Positions 29,462 through 40,104 of a stretch of 64,000 bases of DNA are shown piece after piece. The position numbers were made by a program, and so were the translations under genes. Location: the IMG/VR virus record IMGVR_UViG_3300036790_000500, positions 1 through 64,000 of that record. One strand, given 5' to 3'. Every line of letters starts with the position of its first letter. Position 1 is the stretch's first letter. Origin of the DNA: a virus. The notes beneath the pieces were generated by a model. That model searched no databases and was not told the origin of the DNA. It worked only from the letters and a program-made list of their open reading frames with translations.

Positions 29462-30097
29462 GTGGCTCTCATCTACTGTTTAGTTGACCCTCGTGACGGT
29501 GCGATTCGTTACATTGGACAGACGTACAACGAGGCTCGTCGACGCAAGGAATACGGTGGATACCGTCGTGCTGGCGGCGGACACGTTTGGAACTGGTTGC
29601 GTTCCGTCAAGGATGGCGGATTGCAACCGACGTTCGTCCCTGTCGAGTACATCGATGACGCAACCGATGACATCCTTGACGATGCTGAGATAGGTTGGCA
29701 CTCGCTTTTCGCGGAACACGGTTACGACCTGACCAATGACATTCGAGCACTCGGTCGGTCGAATGGGAAACGTCGTGGAGCCGCCATCAAGGCAGCAAAG
29801 TCTGGTTCTGGCTGGGACAAAACGACCAAGAACTATGCTCGTGGAGAGCGCAATCCAAGGACGGGTAAACCCGGTACCATGCTTGGCAAGACGCTTTCGC
29901 TGACTGCACTCGTGAAGATACGTAAGAGGGTTCGGTGTGTCGAGGACGGACTCACATTCTCTCACGGACAAACCGCAGGTGAGTTCTATGGAATCCACCC
30001 TGCCTCCGTGAAGTGGTCTGCTCGTCATCGAAGACGGACCAAGACCGAAAACGGTCAATGGATACACTTCGAGTACGTTGAGGACGGTGCAGAATGA
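29462..30097 (+). CDS. GIY-YIG homing endonuclease with NUMOD-like C-terminus
   Basis: IYCLVDPRDGAIRYIGQT...R, E..W, LTN; KRVRCVEDG.TF. Confidence 0.85.
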   Translation: MALIYCLVDPRDGAIRYIGQTYNEARRRKEYGGYRRAGGGHVWNWLRSVKDGGLQPTFVPVEYIDDATDDILDDAEIGWHSLFAEHGYDLTNDIRALGRSNGKRRGAAIKAAKSGSGWDKTTKNYARGERNPRTGKPGTMLGKTLSLTALVKIRKRVRCVEDGLTFSHGQTAGEFYGIHPASVKWSARHRRRTKTENGQWIHFEYVEDGAE

Positions 30098-31425
30098 GTG
30101 AGCGGAGGAAACTATTGTGGCTGGCCGACCATGCCCTGATACCGAGCGGCGTCGGGATACAGGTCAAATATGCGATGGAAGGTCTCATCAAGACTGGGAA
30201 GTATCAGGTCTTCCAACTCGGCGGAGCCATCAAGCATCACGACTATCGTCTTCAGTGCGTGGCCCCTGAGGTTTACGGCGACGGTACATGGCTCATCCAA
30301 CCGGTCGACGGGCACGGAAACAAGGAGATACTGCGGAAACACCTTGCGGAGTACAAGCCTGATGCGTTAGTCCTCACGACCGACCCGCGCTTCTTCTACT
30401 GGGTTTGGGAGATGGAGGACGAGATTCGAGCCGTCTGTCCCATCGTCTATTGGCACGTCTGGGACAACGACCCCATCCCCGAGTTCAACCGACCAATCTA
30501 CGAAGCGACCGACCACATCATTTCTCTTAGTCTGAAGACCCACGGCATCATGCAGGGCCTCGGTCTCCCAGCCGAACGCTTCAGTTACGTTCCGCATGCA
30601 GAACCGAGTGAGTTGTTCAAGCCGTTGCCCGATGATGAGGTGATTCAGGCTAGGCAGAAGAGTTTCGGTCCGTTCGCGGACAGGGAGTTCATCGTGATGT
30701 GGAACAACCGGAATGCCCGCCGAAAGATGACCGGTGATGTGATTGAGAGTTTCGCCAGGCTGACCAAGAAGGTCGGCCGACACAAGTGCGCTCTCCTCAT
30801 GCACACGGCGGCCGGTGACCAGGAGGGCCAGGACGTTCATTCCGTCGTGAGGAAACTCGGCGTGGAGGACCTCCTCATCATGTCAGAGGCGCGGGTCACA
30901 CCGGAGCAGTTGAACGTGATGTACAACTGCGCGGACGTCGTGCTCAACATCTCGTCTAACGAGGGGTTCGGTTTGGGAACGCTTGAGGCCCTGTACGCTG
31001 GCACTCCCATCGTGGTAAACATGACGGGCGGCCTGCAGTTTCAGGCCGGCGACTGGTGGTGTGACCTCGAGGACTTCAGTGACCAGGACAAACTCACGAA
31101 GGTCGCTCGCTCTCGCCGGTCCAGTCACCGCTGGTGGGGTGAACCGGTCTTTCCGGCGGCTCGTAACCTCGTGGGCTCGCAGCAGGTCCCGTACATCTAC
31201 GACGACCGCGTCAACGACCAACAGGTCGCCGATGCCCTTGAGAAGGTCTTCAAGTTGGGTCGAAAGGGCCGGAAGAAACTGGGTCTCGAGGCTCGAGAGT
31301 GGGCCCTCAAGGCCTTCGGTATGCAATCAATGATTGAGGGATGGGACAGGGCCCTGACATCGGCCATCGACCGGCACGCTGATGTCCGTGGTAAAATGGG
31401 TCAGGTCCGTGTCGCTGCTCTCTAA
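30094..31425 (+). CDS. glycosyltransferase, GT-B (GT4-like)
   Basis: NRNARRK, SSNEGFGLGTLEA. Confidence 0.9.
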   Translation: MSERRKLLWLADHALIPSGVGIQVKYAMEGLIKTGKYQVFQLGGAIKHHDYRLQCVAPEVYGDGTWLIQPVDGHGNKEILRKHLAEYKPDALVLTTDPRFFYWVWEMEDEIRAVCPIVYWHVWDNDPIPEFNRPIYEATDHIISLSLKTHGIMQGLGLPAERFSYVPHAEPSELFKPLPDDEVIQARQKSFGPFADREFIVMWNNRNARRKMTGDVIESFARLTKKVGRHKCALLMHTAAGDQEGQDVHSVVRKLGVEDLLIMSEARVTPEQLNVMYNCADVVLNISSNEGFGLGTLEALYAGTPIVVNMTGGLQFQAGDWWCDLEDFSDQDKLTKVARSRRSSHRWWGEPVFPAARNLVGSQQVPYIYDDRVNDQQVADALEKVFKLGRKGRKKLGLEAREWALKAFGMQSMIEGWDRALTSAIDRHADVRGKMGQVRVAAL

Positions 31426-31434
31426 AGGAAATCC

Positions 31435-31728
31435 ATGAAATACACGCTCGAACCCAAGAACAAACTCCTCGTGATTAAGCCGCTTGAGAGCGACAGCAAG
31501 ATAGGAGCCCTGTTCATTCCGTCGACCGCTAACCACGGCGCCTATCGCCAGGCCGTCATCGTGGCGGTTGCCGATGACGTGGAGCCGGCCCTCAAACTCA
31601 ATCCCGGTGATAGGGTCATCTACGATACCATCGGTCAGATTGATGTGCGGGTCGGAAACCAGGGCTTCTCGCTCGTTTCATCGAAGAACGTGCAGTCGGT
31701 CATCCACCAAACGCACGGGGACGAGTAA
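31435..31728 (+). CDS. groES: co-chaperonin GroES-like
   Basis: LEPKNKLLVIKP...GALFIP...IVAV...GDRVIY. Confidence 0.75.
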   Translation: MKYTLEPKNKLLVIKPLESDSKIGALFIPSTANHGAYRQAVIVAVADDVEPALKLNPGDRVIYDTIGQIDVRVGNQGFSLVSSKNVQSVIHQTHGDE

Positions 31729-32706
31729 ATGGCCGTCCTCGTGACCGGCGCCGCCGGCTTCATAGGCTCCAACCTCGTCGATGAGTTGATGACCCAAGGC
31801 TTTCAGGTTCTCGCTCTTGATGACCTCTCCGAGGGCAGGATGGAGAACCTTGAGCGCTGGCGCGGCCACAAGAACTTCCAGTTCATTCGTGGGTCGATAC
31901 TGGATTACGATACAGTCCGTCGTGCCGCCGATAACACGGCCTGCGTCTTCCATTTGGCAGCGGATTCTCGAATTCAGACAGGAATCGCAGACCCTCGTCA
32001 CTCGATTGAAACGAACGTCGTGGGAACGGCCAACGTGGCCGAGGCGGCCCGACAGGGTGGTTGTCCGCGCATCGTTTACTCAGCCAGTTCCTCGGCCTAC
32101 GGTCGTAAGAACGAGCCACCGATGGTCGAGGACATGCCGACAGACTGTCTCAACCCGTACTCGATGTCGAAGAAGGCGGGCGAGGACGTCATGGACGTCT
32201 ATAATCGCCTCTATGGAATCAGCACCGTCAGCCTCCGGTACTTCAACGTTTACGGTCCCCGTCATCAGGAGGAGGGCCGGTACGCCACCGTCATCGCCAT
32301 TTTCCGACGGCAGTTGCGAATGGGGCAGATGATGACCGTAGTCGGCGACGGTACCCAGCGCCGGGACTTCACCTTCGTCGGGGACGTGGTCCGGGCCAAC
32401 ATGCTCGCCATGATGAACCGAGAGGCGACCGGCGTCTTCAACATCGGAACCGGTACAAACTTTAGCGTGAATGAACTTGCCGCGCTCATCGATGGCGACA
32501 AGTACGGGACCAACTGGATGAACAAGGTCGAGTACGTCCCTCCTCGTCTGGGCGAGGCCAGCGTCACGCTGGCAGATAACACCAAGGCCTGGAACGTCCT
32601 CGGCTGGAAGCCGCAAGTGTCACTCGAGCAGGGCCTCGATGTCATCGATGTGTATGAGAAGAAGATGGGTGCCGGCTCCAGTCGCATCATCCTGGCGGGG
32701 CGCTGA
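31729..32706 (+). CDS. NAD-dependent nucleotide-sugar epimerase/dehydratase
   Basis: VTGAAGFIGS, YSMSK, LRYFNVYGP, RDF. Confidence 0.93.
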   Translation: MAVLVTGAAGFIGSNLVDELMTQGFQVLALDDLSEGRMENLERWRGHKNFQFIRGSILDYDTVRRAADNTACVFHLAADSRIQTGIADPRHSIETNVVGTANVAEAARQGGCPRIVYSASSSAYGRKNEPPMVEDMPTDCLNPYSMSKKAGEDVMDVYNRLYGISTVSLRYFNVYGPRHQEEGRYATVIAIFRRQLRMGQMMTVVGDGTQRRDFTFVGDVVRANMLAMMNREATGVFNIGTGTNFSVNELAALIDGDKYGTNWMNKVEYVPPRLGEASVTLADNTKAWNVLGWKPQVSLEQGLDVIDVYEKKMGAGSSRIILAGR

Positions 32707-35700
32707 TGGCGAAGAGGAAACGGCTTCTTTTCACGGGTCCCGTTCTCACAGCCTCAGGCTACGGTGTGCATGCCCGTCAACTCCTGGCCGGTCTGGTGGA
32801 ATCGGACCAGTATGACGTCTACGTTGAGAGCCTGAAGTGGGGTGAGACCCCCTTCCTCACCGACCCGAGCCTCGAATGGATTCGACAACTAGTCGCTAAG
32901 CAGGCGCCGGCGCAGCCGGACGTGCACGTCCACGTCACCATTCCCAACGAGTTCAAGCGCCGCGCGCCGCTGGAGATTGGCGTCACCGCCGGCATCGAGG
33001 TCGACCGCGTCTCCCCGCAGTGGCTCCTGAAGTGCAACTCCGAGGTCGATGTAGTCGTCGTCCCCAGTGAGCACTCGAGGGTCGCCTTCGGAGTGCAGTA
33101 CCAGGGCTCGAACGGTCAGCAACTCAAACTTGAGAAGCCAATCCTCGTGATTCCTGAGGGAGTGGACACCGCTTGGTTCAAGCCGGCGCGAGCAGAGTCT
33201 GAACTCTTGAATCGAGTCGAAGTGCCGGATAGGAACTTCGTCTTCACGGGACTCGGGTTGGACAAGCCCCAAGGCCGTGACCGAAAGAACGTCACTCGCT
33301 TGATTGAGTACTTCTGCAAGGCCTTCAGCGGAAGCAAGGGCATCGGTCTAATCCTGAAGACCTCCGTCGTCAACGGCTCCTCGCTCGACTATGAAATCTG
33401 TAAGAAGCGAATAAAGGAAATCAAGACGTCGGCTGGGTTTCCTGACGCACCGGTCTTCCTTGTCCATGGACGGGTCTCTGAGACCGAGATGGCCGGGATT
33501 TACAACGACCCTCGGGTGCTCGCCGCGGTTAGCCTGACGCACGGTGAGGGCTACGGACTTCCGTTGATTGAGGCAGCCGCCTGCGACCTCCCTGTCATCG
33601 CGACCGACTGGTCGGGTCACCTAGACTTTCTTACCCACCCCGATGGACGTAAACTCTTCGTTCCTGTGGAATATGACCTGACCGAGGTCTGGCAGGAGTG
33701 TACCTGGGACGGCGTCATCGAGCCGGGAACCCGCTGGGCGGTTGCCCGTGAGGCCGACGCAATCACCAAACTGCAGAAGATGGCGCTCTCCTCCGAGACT
33801 CCCCGTAAGTGGGCCCAGGAACTCGGCCAATCTATTCGTGAGCGCTTGAACCTAAAGGCCACCCAGGACCTCTTCAACGCTGTCGTGGCGCAGGCCTGTC
33901 GGGAAATCGACAGCGCTAGGCCGTCCCAAGACCGGGATGCCTTCGTCGCTGCGCTGCGGTCACAGGTCTCCGCCAGGGGCCTCAGCCTCGTCTATACGAT
34001 GCCCATGTCAGCGGGTGACGTGTTCCTTAGCACCGGTGTCGTGAGTGCCCTCCGACGTCGCCATCCAGGCCACCGGGTCTACTTCGCCACCCAGGGTCGA
34101 TACTTCGACATCATCAAGGACCTAAGGCTTTCAGACGGAACGCTGTTGGTGGATGAGTTGCTGGAGTACCAACCCTGGATGCAGGAGGTAGCGGTCCTCG
34201 AGGACGTCTTCGATGAGGTCTACACCCCGAACCTAGCCGTACAGATGCTTTGGTCGAACTGGGTCCACAAGGGCAATGGTCGACACCTCCTGGACGAGTT
34301 CGCGGTCCAATGCGGGGTGAACGCCCTGGAGCCGGTCCTCCCGGACATGGAGCCAATCGATGTCCTGAGCGTGGGAGACACGTGGGTCGCCGTCCACTCC
34401 GGAGGACAGAAGTCCGCCCGCGGCTACGCCCACTGGCCGGAACTGGTCAAGAACATCAGGTCCGCCGGACTAAAAGTCGTCCAAGTCGGCGCTTCCGATG
34501 ACCTCTCCGTGGGGGAGGTTGACTTAGACGTCCGGGGGAAGACCGACCACCGGCATTTGGGGATTTATCTCTCGAACTGCGCTGCATTCGTGGGAATCGA
34601 CAGTTACCCGATGCACGTTGCCGCGGCCTGTGGGACCAACGTCGTAGCCCTCTTCGGAAGTTCCTACGCGACCACGACCGGCCCGCGCAAGTCCGGGCGA
34701 GGTAAACTCAGGGTCATGGAGACCCCCGACCGGAACGGCTGTGACCGGGCCTGCTACAAGGACGTCTGCAAGGTTGACGCGGGGAATCCCTGCATCAACA
34801 ACATCAAGCCGATATACGTCTATCTCGACCTGATGAAGTCACTCGGTATCACCGACGCACCGTTCTACACGGAGCATCACCCTAGGATTGGCGGCTACAT
34901 TCATTTGATGAACCCGAAGAGGAACGGGTACCCATTCGTTCAAAGCATCAATAGCATGCTTGGGTTCTGTGCGGAGGTCATCGTCGTCGACGGCGGCTCC
35001 ACCGACGGAACCAAGGAGGAACTCGAGGCGATGTCCCTGGCTGACCCGCAACTGAAGGTCATCACCCGTGAGTGGGACCCCGAGGAGCCCGGGATGGACG
35101 GGATGCAGAAGGCCTTCGGTCGAGCCATGGTCTCCCCTGACTGCGAGTTCCTCTGGCAGCAGGACGCCGACGAGGTCGTGCACCCTGACGATTGGCCGAA
35201 GATTGTGCAACTCTGCAAGCGGTTCCCCGCCGACGTGGACGTCATGCACCTCCCCGTGATTGAACTCTGGGGCGACGACCGTCACGTTCGCACCGACCGG
35301 CACAGTTGGAAGTGGCGGCTCTCCCGGAACAACCTCCGGGTGACGCACGGCATCAACACCCAGGCTCGGCAGTTGGACCCCAAGACGGGTCGGGTCTTCT
35401 CGAAGCCCGGCCAATCGGACGGCTGCGAGTACATCGACATCGTGACCGGTAACCACCTGTCGCATCGCGGCTTCTACAACCAGGAACTCGAGCGCCTGCG
35501 ACGGGAGGACCCCGAGGAATACGGTCGACAGATGAATCGGGTCTTCGCGACACTGCCCAGCGTCTGGCACTACAGTTGGGCCGACCTACCGCGGAAGGTG
35601 CGGAACTTTCGAGACTTCTGGAACGCTCAGTGGTCAGTCCTCTACCAACAACCCGTCGAGGCCCGCTTCGCGGACGTGGTGTCGGAGGAGGACGTCCAAC

Positions 35701-35801
35701 GAAAGGCCAAGGAGTTATTGGAGCGCGGCGGGGAGCATAGCCCCGCTCCAACGTTCCTAATTGACCGTGAACCACCTGCAAGCATGAAGGAAAGACAATG
35801 A
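32706..35801 (+). CDS. three-domain glycosyltransferase (GT4 + GT9 + GT2)
   Basis: HGEGYGLPLIEA; SAGDV...GIDSYPMHVAAA; VVDGGSTDGT...DADE. Confidence 0.88.
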   Translation: MAKRKRLLFTGPVLTASGYGVHARQLLAGLVESDQYDVYVESLKWGETPFLTDPSLEWIRQLVAKQAPAQPDVHVHVTIPNEFKRRAPLEIGVTAGIEVDRVSPQWLLKCNSEVDVVVVPSEHSRVAFGVQYQGSNGQQLKLEKPILVIPEGVDTAWFKPARAESELLNRVEVPDRNFVFTGLGLDKPQGRDRKNVTRLIEYFCKAFSGSKGIGLILKTSVVNGSSLDYEICKKRIKEIKTSAGFPDAPVFLVHGRVSETEMAGIYNDPRVLAAVSLTHGEGYGLPLIEAAACDLPVIATDWSGHLDFLTHPDGRKLFVPVEYDLTEVWQECTWDGVIEPGTRWAVAREADAITKLQKMALSSETPRKWAQELGQSIRERLNLKATQDLFNAVVAQACREIDSARPSQDRDAFVAALRSQVSARGLSLVYTMPMSAGDVFLSTGVVSALRRRHPGHRVYFATQGRYFDIIKDLRLSDGTLLVDELLEYQPWMQEVAVLEDVFDEVYTPNLAVQMLWSNWVHKGNGRHLLDEFAVQCGVNALEPVLPDMEPIDVLSVGDTWVAVHSGGQKSARGYAHWPELVKNIRSAGLKVVQVGASDDLSVGEVDLDVRGKTDHRHLGIYLSNCAAFVGIDSYPMHVAAACGTNVVALFGSSYATTTGPRKSGRGKLRVMETPDRNGCDRACYKDVCKVDAGNPCINNIKPIYVYLDLMKSLGITDAPFYTEHHPRIGGYIHLMNPKRNGYPFVQSINSMLGFCAEVIVVDGGSTDGTKEELEAMSLADPQLKVITREWDPEEPGMDGMQKAFGRAMVSPDCEFLWQQDADEVVHPDDWPKIVQLCKRFPADVDVMHLPVIELWGDDRHVRTDRHSWKWRLSRNNLRVTHGINTQARQLDPKTGRVFSKPGQSDGCEYIDIVTGNHLSHRGFYNQELERLRREDPEEYGRQMNRVFATLPSVWHYSWADLPRKVRNFRDFWNAQWSVLYQQPVEARFADVVSEEDVQRKAKELLERGGEHSPAPTFLIDREPPASMKERQ

Positions 35802-36124
35802 GTAGTCACTGGGAACAAGGAAAGATTGACAGAGCACTTCGAGGCGAAACTCAGAAGCGAATCCAGAAGACTGAGAAGAGACCGGGTCCGGTCAAGCGGG
35901 CCTTCAGTCGAATCAAGCGAATGTTCTTCTCCTTGTTCTTCCGTGTTCGATGGGTTCTCCTCGACCGCAAGCGGACGTATGCGCGGATGCGTCAGTTGAC
36001 CGGCGTCGACGAACCGAAGCGGAAGCGTGAGCCAATACACATCGCGGTCGGCCCCACTATCACGCCCGCCGACATGCACGAGCCTGCGCCGGCTCTGAGC
36101 CAGAGACGCTGGAAGGACAACTGA
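35798..36124 (+). CDS. basic hypothetical protein
   Basis: ATGA coupling. Confidence 0.6.
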   Translation: MSSHWEQGKIDRALRGETQKRIQKTEKRPGPVKRAFSRIKRMFFSLFFRVRWVLLDRKRTYARMRQLTGVDEPKRKREPIHIAVGPTITPADMHEPAPALSQRRWKDN

Positions 36125-36127
36125 CCG

Positions 36128-36892
36128 TTGTCCCTGATTGCAGACATCTTCGTTACGATACGGGGTGGAAGAGAGGACCTCACTGCTCGTTCCCTGCGTT
36201 CACTTCGGGAGAACACGACGCACGGTCAGTATCGCCTTACACTCTGCTTCGACGGGACGTCTCGGGGGGAGCGACACGACCTGGAGACGGCCTTCAATCC
36301 GGCCTATTCCCTCTCCTCAGACTTGAATGAGGGTCTCGGTCCGACCATCAATCGAGCCGTGGCTCACATCAAGTCCGTCAATGATTGGTACTCCGACCCG
36401 AAGGCATCGAACATGGCGCTTGTGGCCCCGTACCTCTGCATGGTCCAGGACGACGTCCAATACTCGAAGGACTGGCTACCCGTCCTTGCGTCACGATTCA
36501 GGGCCTACGGCATGCAGTACAAGTTGGGGTTCGCCTCGGGCATTGAGTGCGTCGAGCATCCGGTTCGTCAGTCCCTGATGCATGACGGAAGCATCGTTCT
36601 CAAGGACTGGCTTCGCGCTACGATGATGCTCTCGACCCGGGAGTACTGGGAGAGCATGATGCCGATTCCCCGTTTCGACCCGGAGACGGGTCAGGTACGG
36701 GCCAAGCCGAACGACGGCATGGGCAGCGGGGTGGATTGGTGGGTCATTCGTGACCACGAGAACTCCGTTTGTAGGACCGGACGCACGAACCTCGTGTTGC
36801 CGGGGCTCTGCCAGCACATGGGATATGCTCAAAGCACATGGTTGAAGCGGGAGATGCCGGAGAGCGACAGCGACAAGGAGAAGATTGGATGA
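36128..36892 (+). CDS. GT-A fold (GT2-like) glycosyltransferase
   Basis: NEGLG..IN, QDD, DW, QHMG. Confidence 0.7.
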   Translation: MSLIADIFVTIRGGREDLTARSLRSLRENTTHGQYRLTLCFDGTSRGERHDLETAFNPAYSLSSDLNEGLGPTINRAVAHIKSVNDWYSDPKASNMALVAPYLCMVQDDVQYSKDWLPVLASRFRAYGMQYKLGFASGIECVEHPVRQSLMHDGSIVLKDWLRATMMLSTREYWESMMPIPRFDPETGQVRAKPNDGMGSGVDWWVIRDHENSVCRTGRTNLVLPGLCQHMGYAQSTWLKREMPESDSDKEKIG

Positions 36893-37938
36893 GGAGGCTC
36901 ATCACTGTCTCCTACACCTCTCTGAACGCCTCGGGGGGTGTGCCGGCCTTCAACCGAGCCCTACACTCGGCCTTTCCTGACCGGGAGTGTAAGCACTTCT
37001 GCTGGGAGGACTTTCCATGGCATCCGGAGGTCGACGCCCAGGGAGAGACCGAGTGGGGCAAGGCCCGTCGCTTGAACGAGTACCTGGTCCGCTCCCGGCT
37101 CATCGGCACGGACGACGTCGTGGTGGCCGACGGCTTCTGGGCGGCCGGCCTCGAACATCTCCCGAAGGCGATTAGCGTGGCGCACGGCATCTGGTCGCAC
37201 CTCACCCTTGAGGACGTCCAGGCCGGGAAGCAGCCGGACATGCCGTATCACCATGCGGCCCAAGTGGAGTTCCGTCGACGCTGGTGTGGCCTCGGCAAAC
37301 GCATGACGGCAGTCTCTGATTTCATCGCCAATGAGATGAAGCGGCAGTGGGGGTTCGAGGTCGACCGGGTCATCAACAACGGCGTTGACACGGAACTTTG
37401 GAAGCCGATGACAAATCGCCTCCCTCGGGCACGCCCTCTCGTCCTCCACGGAGTTAACGACGCTTCTAATCTCAACAAGGGCGGTGACCACGTGGTTCTG
37501 CTCGCAAAGGAACTCGATGCAGACGTCCTCTCATTCGATGATGGAGTAGACAGATATCGATTCGCTGGGAAAGATTTCACTAGACCTGAAGCACTCGCTC
37601 AGGCAGACATTTTCGTCCATCCCTCCGGTTACGAGGGAAATTCCATGATGGTGGCTGAGGCCTTGGCTTGCGGTGTCCCTGTCATCGGCTATGACGTCGG
37701 CTACCTCTGGTCCATCAAGGACTGCTACGGCTCCGTCATCGATAGGACCAAGCGGTCACCGGAGTTTACGCTTGCGGCCGCTCGAGACCTGCTCTCTAAC
37801 GAACCGCTGCAGACCAGGCTTCGTGGTCAGGGTCGTGACCTGGCAACCAGAGACCTCAGCATCGTTTGCTTCCGGGACAGTTGGCGGGAGTACATTGATT
37901 TTGTTGAAGGGAGGCGTCGTGATAAGGGTTCGCGTTGA
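36889..37938 (+). CDS. glycosyltransferase GT4
   Basis: AVS, INNGVD, PSGYEGNSMMVAEALACGVPVI. Confidence 0.88.
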   Translation: MRRLITVSYTSLNASGGVPAFNRALHSAFPDRECKHFCWEDFPWHPEVDAQGETEWGKARRLNEYLVRSRLIGTDDVVVADGFWAAGLEHLPKAISVAHGIWSHLTLEDVQAGKQPDMPYHHAAQVEFRRRWCGLGKRMTAVSDFIANEMKRQWGFEVDRVINNGVDTELWKPMTNRLPRARPLVLHGVNDASNLNKGGDHVVLLAKELDADVLSFDDGVDRYRFAGKDFTRPEALAQADIFVHPSGYEGNSMMVAEALACGVPVIGYDVGYLWSIKDCYGSVIDRTKRSPEFTLAAARDLLSNEPLQTRLRGQGRDLATRDLSIVCFRDSWREYIDFVEGRRRDKGSR

Positions 37939-38596
37939 CGACTATCCTAGGACTTCTAAACACGAGCCCCAGCACACGCGGTCGACCTTTCGGGACTTCC
38001 ACCGTGTTCTGAGTGAGGGCATCGGAGGCAAGCGGTATCTCCTTGGGGTGGTGCCAGGCCAGTGTGACCCAGACGACCTCCTGCTCATACGAAATGAGTT
38101 GGATGTGGTCGTCGGCATGCACGGGACGGACCACGATGAGGAGCGGTTGACTAGGAACGGCGGCAACCAGTTCGAACCCTATTTGACAGCCAATCAAATC
38201 TCTCAGGCTCTTGATGAGCATCGAAAGGCCTTAGGGTCTGCCCTCGGTCAGTGGGCGACCGTCTACATGCCACCGCGAAACGTCATCGACGAACGTACTG
38301 TCACAGCGGCCTTAGCGTGCGGCTTTCACTACTTCACATCCGGACCCGAAACGTCCGCTGACGTTCGAGAACGCCATCCGTTGATGTTCATCCACAGTGA
38401 GAAGCCACACGAGTACGGGCGCTCGGATGAGATGTTCGCGGCTCGCAGCCACCTTACATTGGCCGAGCGGGCCGCCGAAGGCCGCGACATCACGCTGTGT
38501 CTTCACTGGACGTGGGAAACGAACGTGGGACTGGGCCAACTTCGGAGGTTCCTAAATCAGATACCCAAGGCCCTCTTCGCGGACTTCGACGGATGA
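37919..38596 (+). CDS. polysaccharide deacetylase-like (NodB fold)
   Basis: RVDD, MHGTDH, PPRN, LH. Confidence 0.75.
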   Translation: MIRVRVDDYPRTSKHEPQHTRSTFRDFHRVLSEGIGGKRYLLGVVPGQCDPDDLLLIRNELDVVVGMHGTDHDEERLTRNGGNQFEPYLTANQISQALDEHRKALGSALGQWATVYMPPRNVIDERTVTAALACGFHYFTSGPETSADVRERHPLMFIHSEKPHEYGRSDEMFAARSHLTLAERAAEGRDITLCLHWTWETNVGLGQLRRFLNQIPKALFADFDG

Positions 38597-40104
38597 CCGA
38601 CGTCTGCCTCGTCATACCGCCGTCCATCTTCCTGCTGGACGAGCGGGTCTTCGCATCGCTGGGCATCCTAAAGGTCGCTTCATCGCTCGAGGCCGCCGGT
38701 CATCGGGTCGAAGTCCTCGACCTCTCCGGCATCGCCAACTACGAGGAGGTGGCGGCCCTGCACGCCCGAGGGTCCCGTTCCACGGTCTTCGGAATCACCA
38801 CGACGACACCCCAGATGCCGGCGACCACCAAGGTCCTAGCCGCCATTCGCAAGGTCCGGGCGGACGCTCGGGTCATCATCGGCGGGCCCCATCCCACCCT
38901 CATTGCCGCTGCCCGACGTATGGAGGCAAAGCGGGGGACGGTGGCGCGTGGGCATGCGGCCTTCGACGTCCTGATGGGCATGTTCGACGCAGTGGTCTCA
39001 GGGGACGGGGAGTTGGCCATCCACGAGGCATTGACGACCGATGGCTTCATCGACGCCGATGACCCGAAGGGTCCGCTCTTCCTGACCAATGCAACGCTGG
39101 AGGAGACCGCCTGGCCGGCCCGGCATCTCATTGACCTTGGCTCATATCACTACGACGTGCATGGGTACAACGCGACGAGTCTCATTGCACAGTTGGGATG
39201 CCCATTTAAATGTTCGTTCTGTGGTGGCCGAAACTCCAGCATGCTTCGACGCATCCGTACTCGCTCCACGGAGAGCATCGTCGATGAACTTGAGCACCTA
39301 CATCGAACGTACGGTTATCGCGGCTTCATGTTCTATGACGATGAATTGAACGTCAACAAAGACATAATCCAACTCATGGACGGCATCTCTAACCTGCAGG
39401 AACGTCTAGGAGTGGATTTCCGGCTCCGCGGCTTCGTTAAATCTGAACTCTTCACTCCCGAGCAGGCACAGAGCATGTATCGGGCTGGATTTCGGCAACT
39501 TCTCACGGGTTTCGAGAGCGGTTCGGAACGCATCCTGTTAAACATTAACAAGAAGGCCACCAGGGACGAGAACACTCGTTGCGTTGACACCGCACGGGCC
39601 GCCGGTCTCAAGGTTAAGGCCCTGATGTCGGTCGGACACGCCGGGGAGAGCCTGGAGACCGTCGAGGCCACTCGGGACTGGCTTCTCGAGGTCCAGCCTG
39701 AGGACTTCGATTGCACCGTCATCACGACGTACCCGGGCACCCCCTACTACGACGAGGCCGTGAACACGTCACCCAACGTCTGGACCTACACAGCCAAGAA
39801 CGGGGACCGACTGCACGCCCGGGAGTTGGACTACAACACGACGGCGGACTACTATAAGGGCGCCCCCGACGGCGGCTACGCGGCCTACGTCTTCACCGAC
39901 CACATCACGTCGGACGACCTCGTTCGGGCTCGCGACGACCTTGAGCGTGAGGTCCGGGCGAAGTTGAGCATTCCGTTCAATCAATCTGCAGTATCAGTGA
40001 ACTTTGAGCACTCCATGGGACAGGGCCCGGCCCTCCCACCGAGCATCCTCCGGACATCGGATGGAAGCGTCAAGAGGGTGGTGAGGCTCAGTGTCGTCCG
40101 CTAG
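38593..40104 (+). CDS. B12-binding radical SAM protein (class B methyltransferase-like)
   Basis: IIGGPHPT, GCPFKCSFC, YDDE, GFESGS. Confidence 0.92.
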   Translation: MTDVCLVIPPSIFLLDERVFASLGILKVASSLEAAGHRVEVLDLSGIANYEEVAALHARGSRSTVFGITTTTPQMPATTKVLAAIRKVRADARVIIGGPHPTLIAAARRMEAKRGTVARGHAAFDVLMGMFDAVVSGDGELAIHEALTTDGFIDADDPKGPLFLTNATLEETAWPARHLIDLGSYHYDVHGYNATSLIAQLGCPFKCSFCGGRNSSMLRRIRTRSTESIVDELEHLHRTYGYRGFMFYDDELNVNKDIIQLMDGISNLQERLGVDFRLRGFVKSELFTPEQAQSMYRAGFRQLLTGFESGSERILLNINKKATRDENTRCVDTARAAGLKVKALMSVGHAGESLETVEATRDWLLEVQPEDFDCTVITTYPGTPYYDEAVNTSPNVWTYTAKNGDRLHARELDYNTTADYYKGAPDGGYAAYVFTDHITSDDLVRARDDLEREVRAKLSIPFNQSAVSVNFEHSMGQGPALPPSILRTSDGSVKRVVRLSVVR

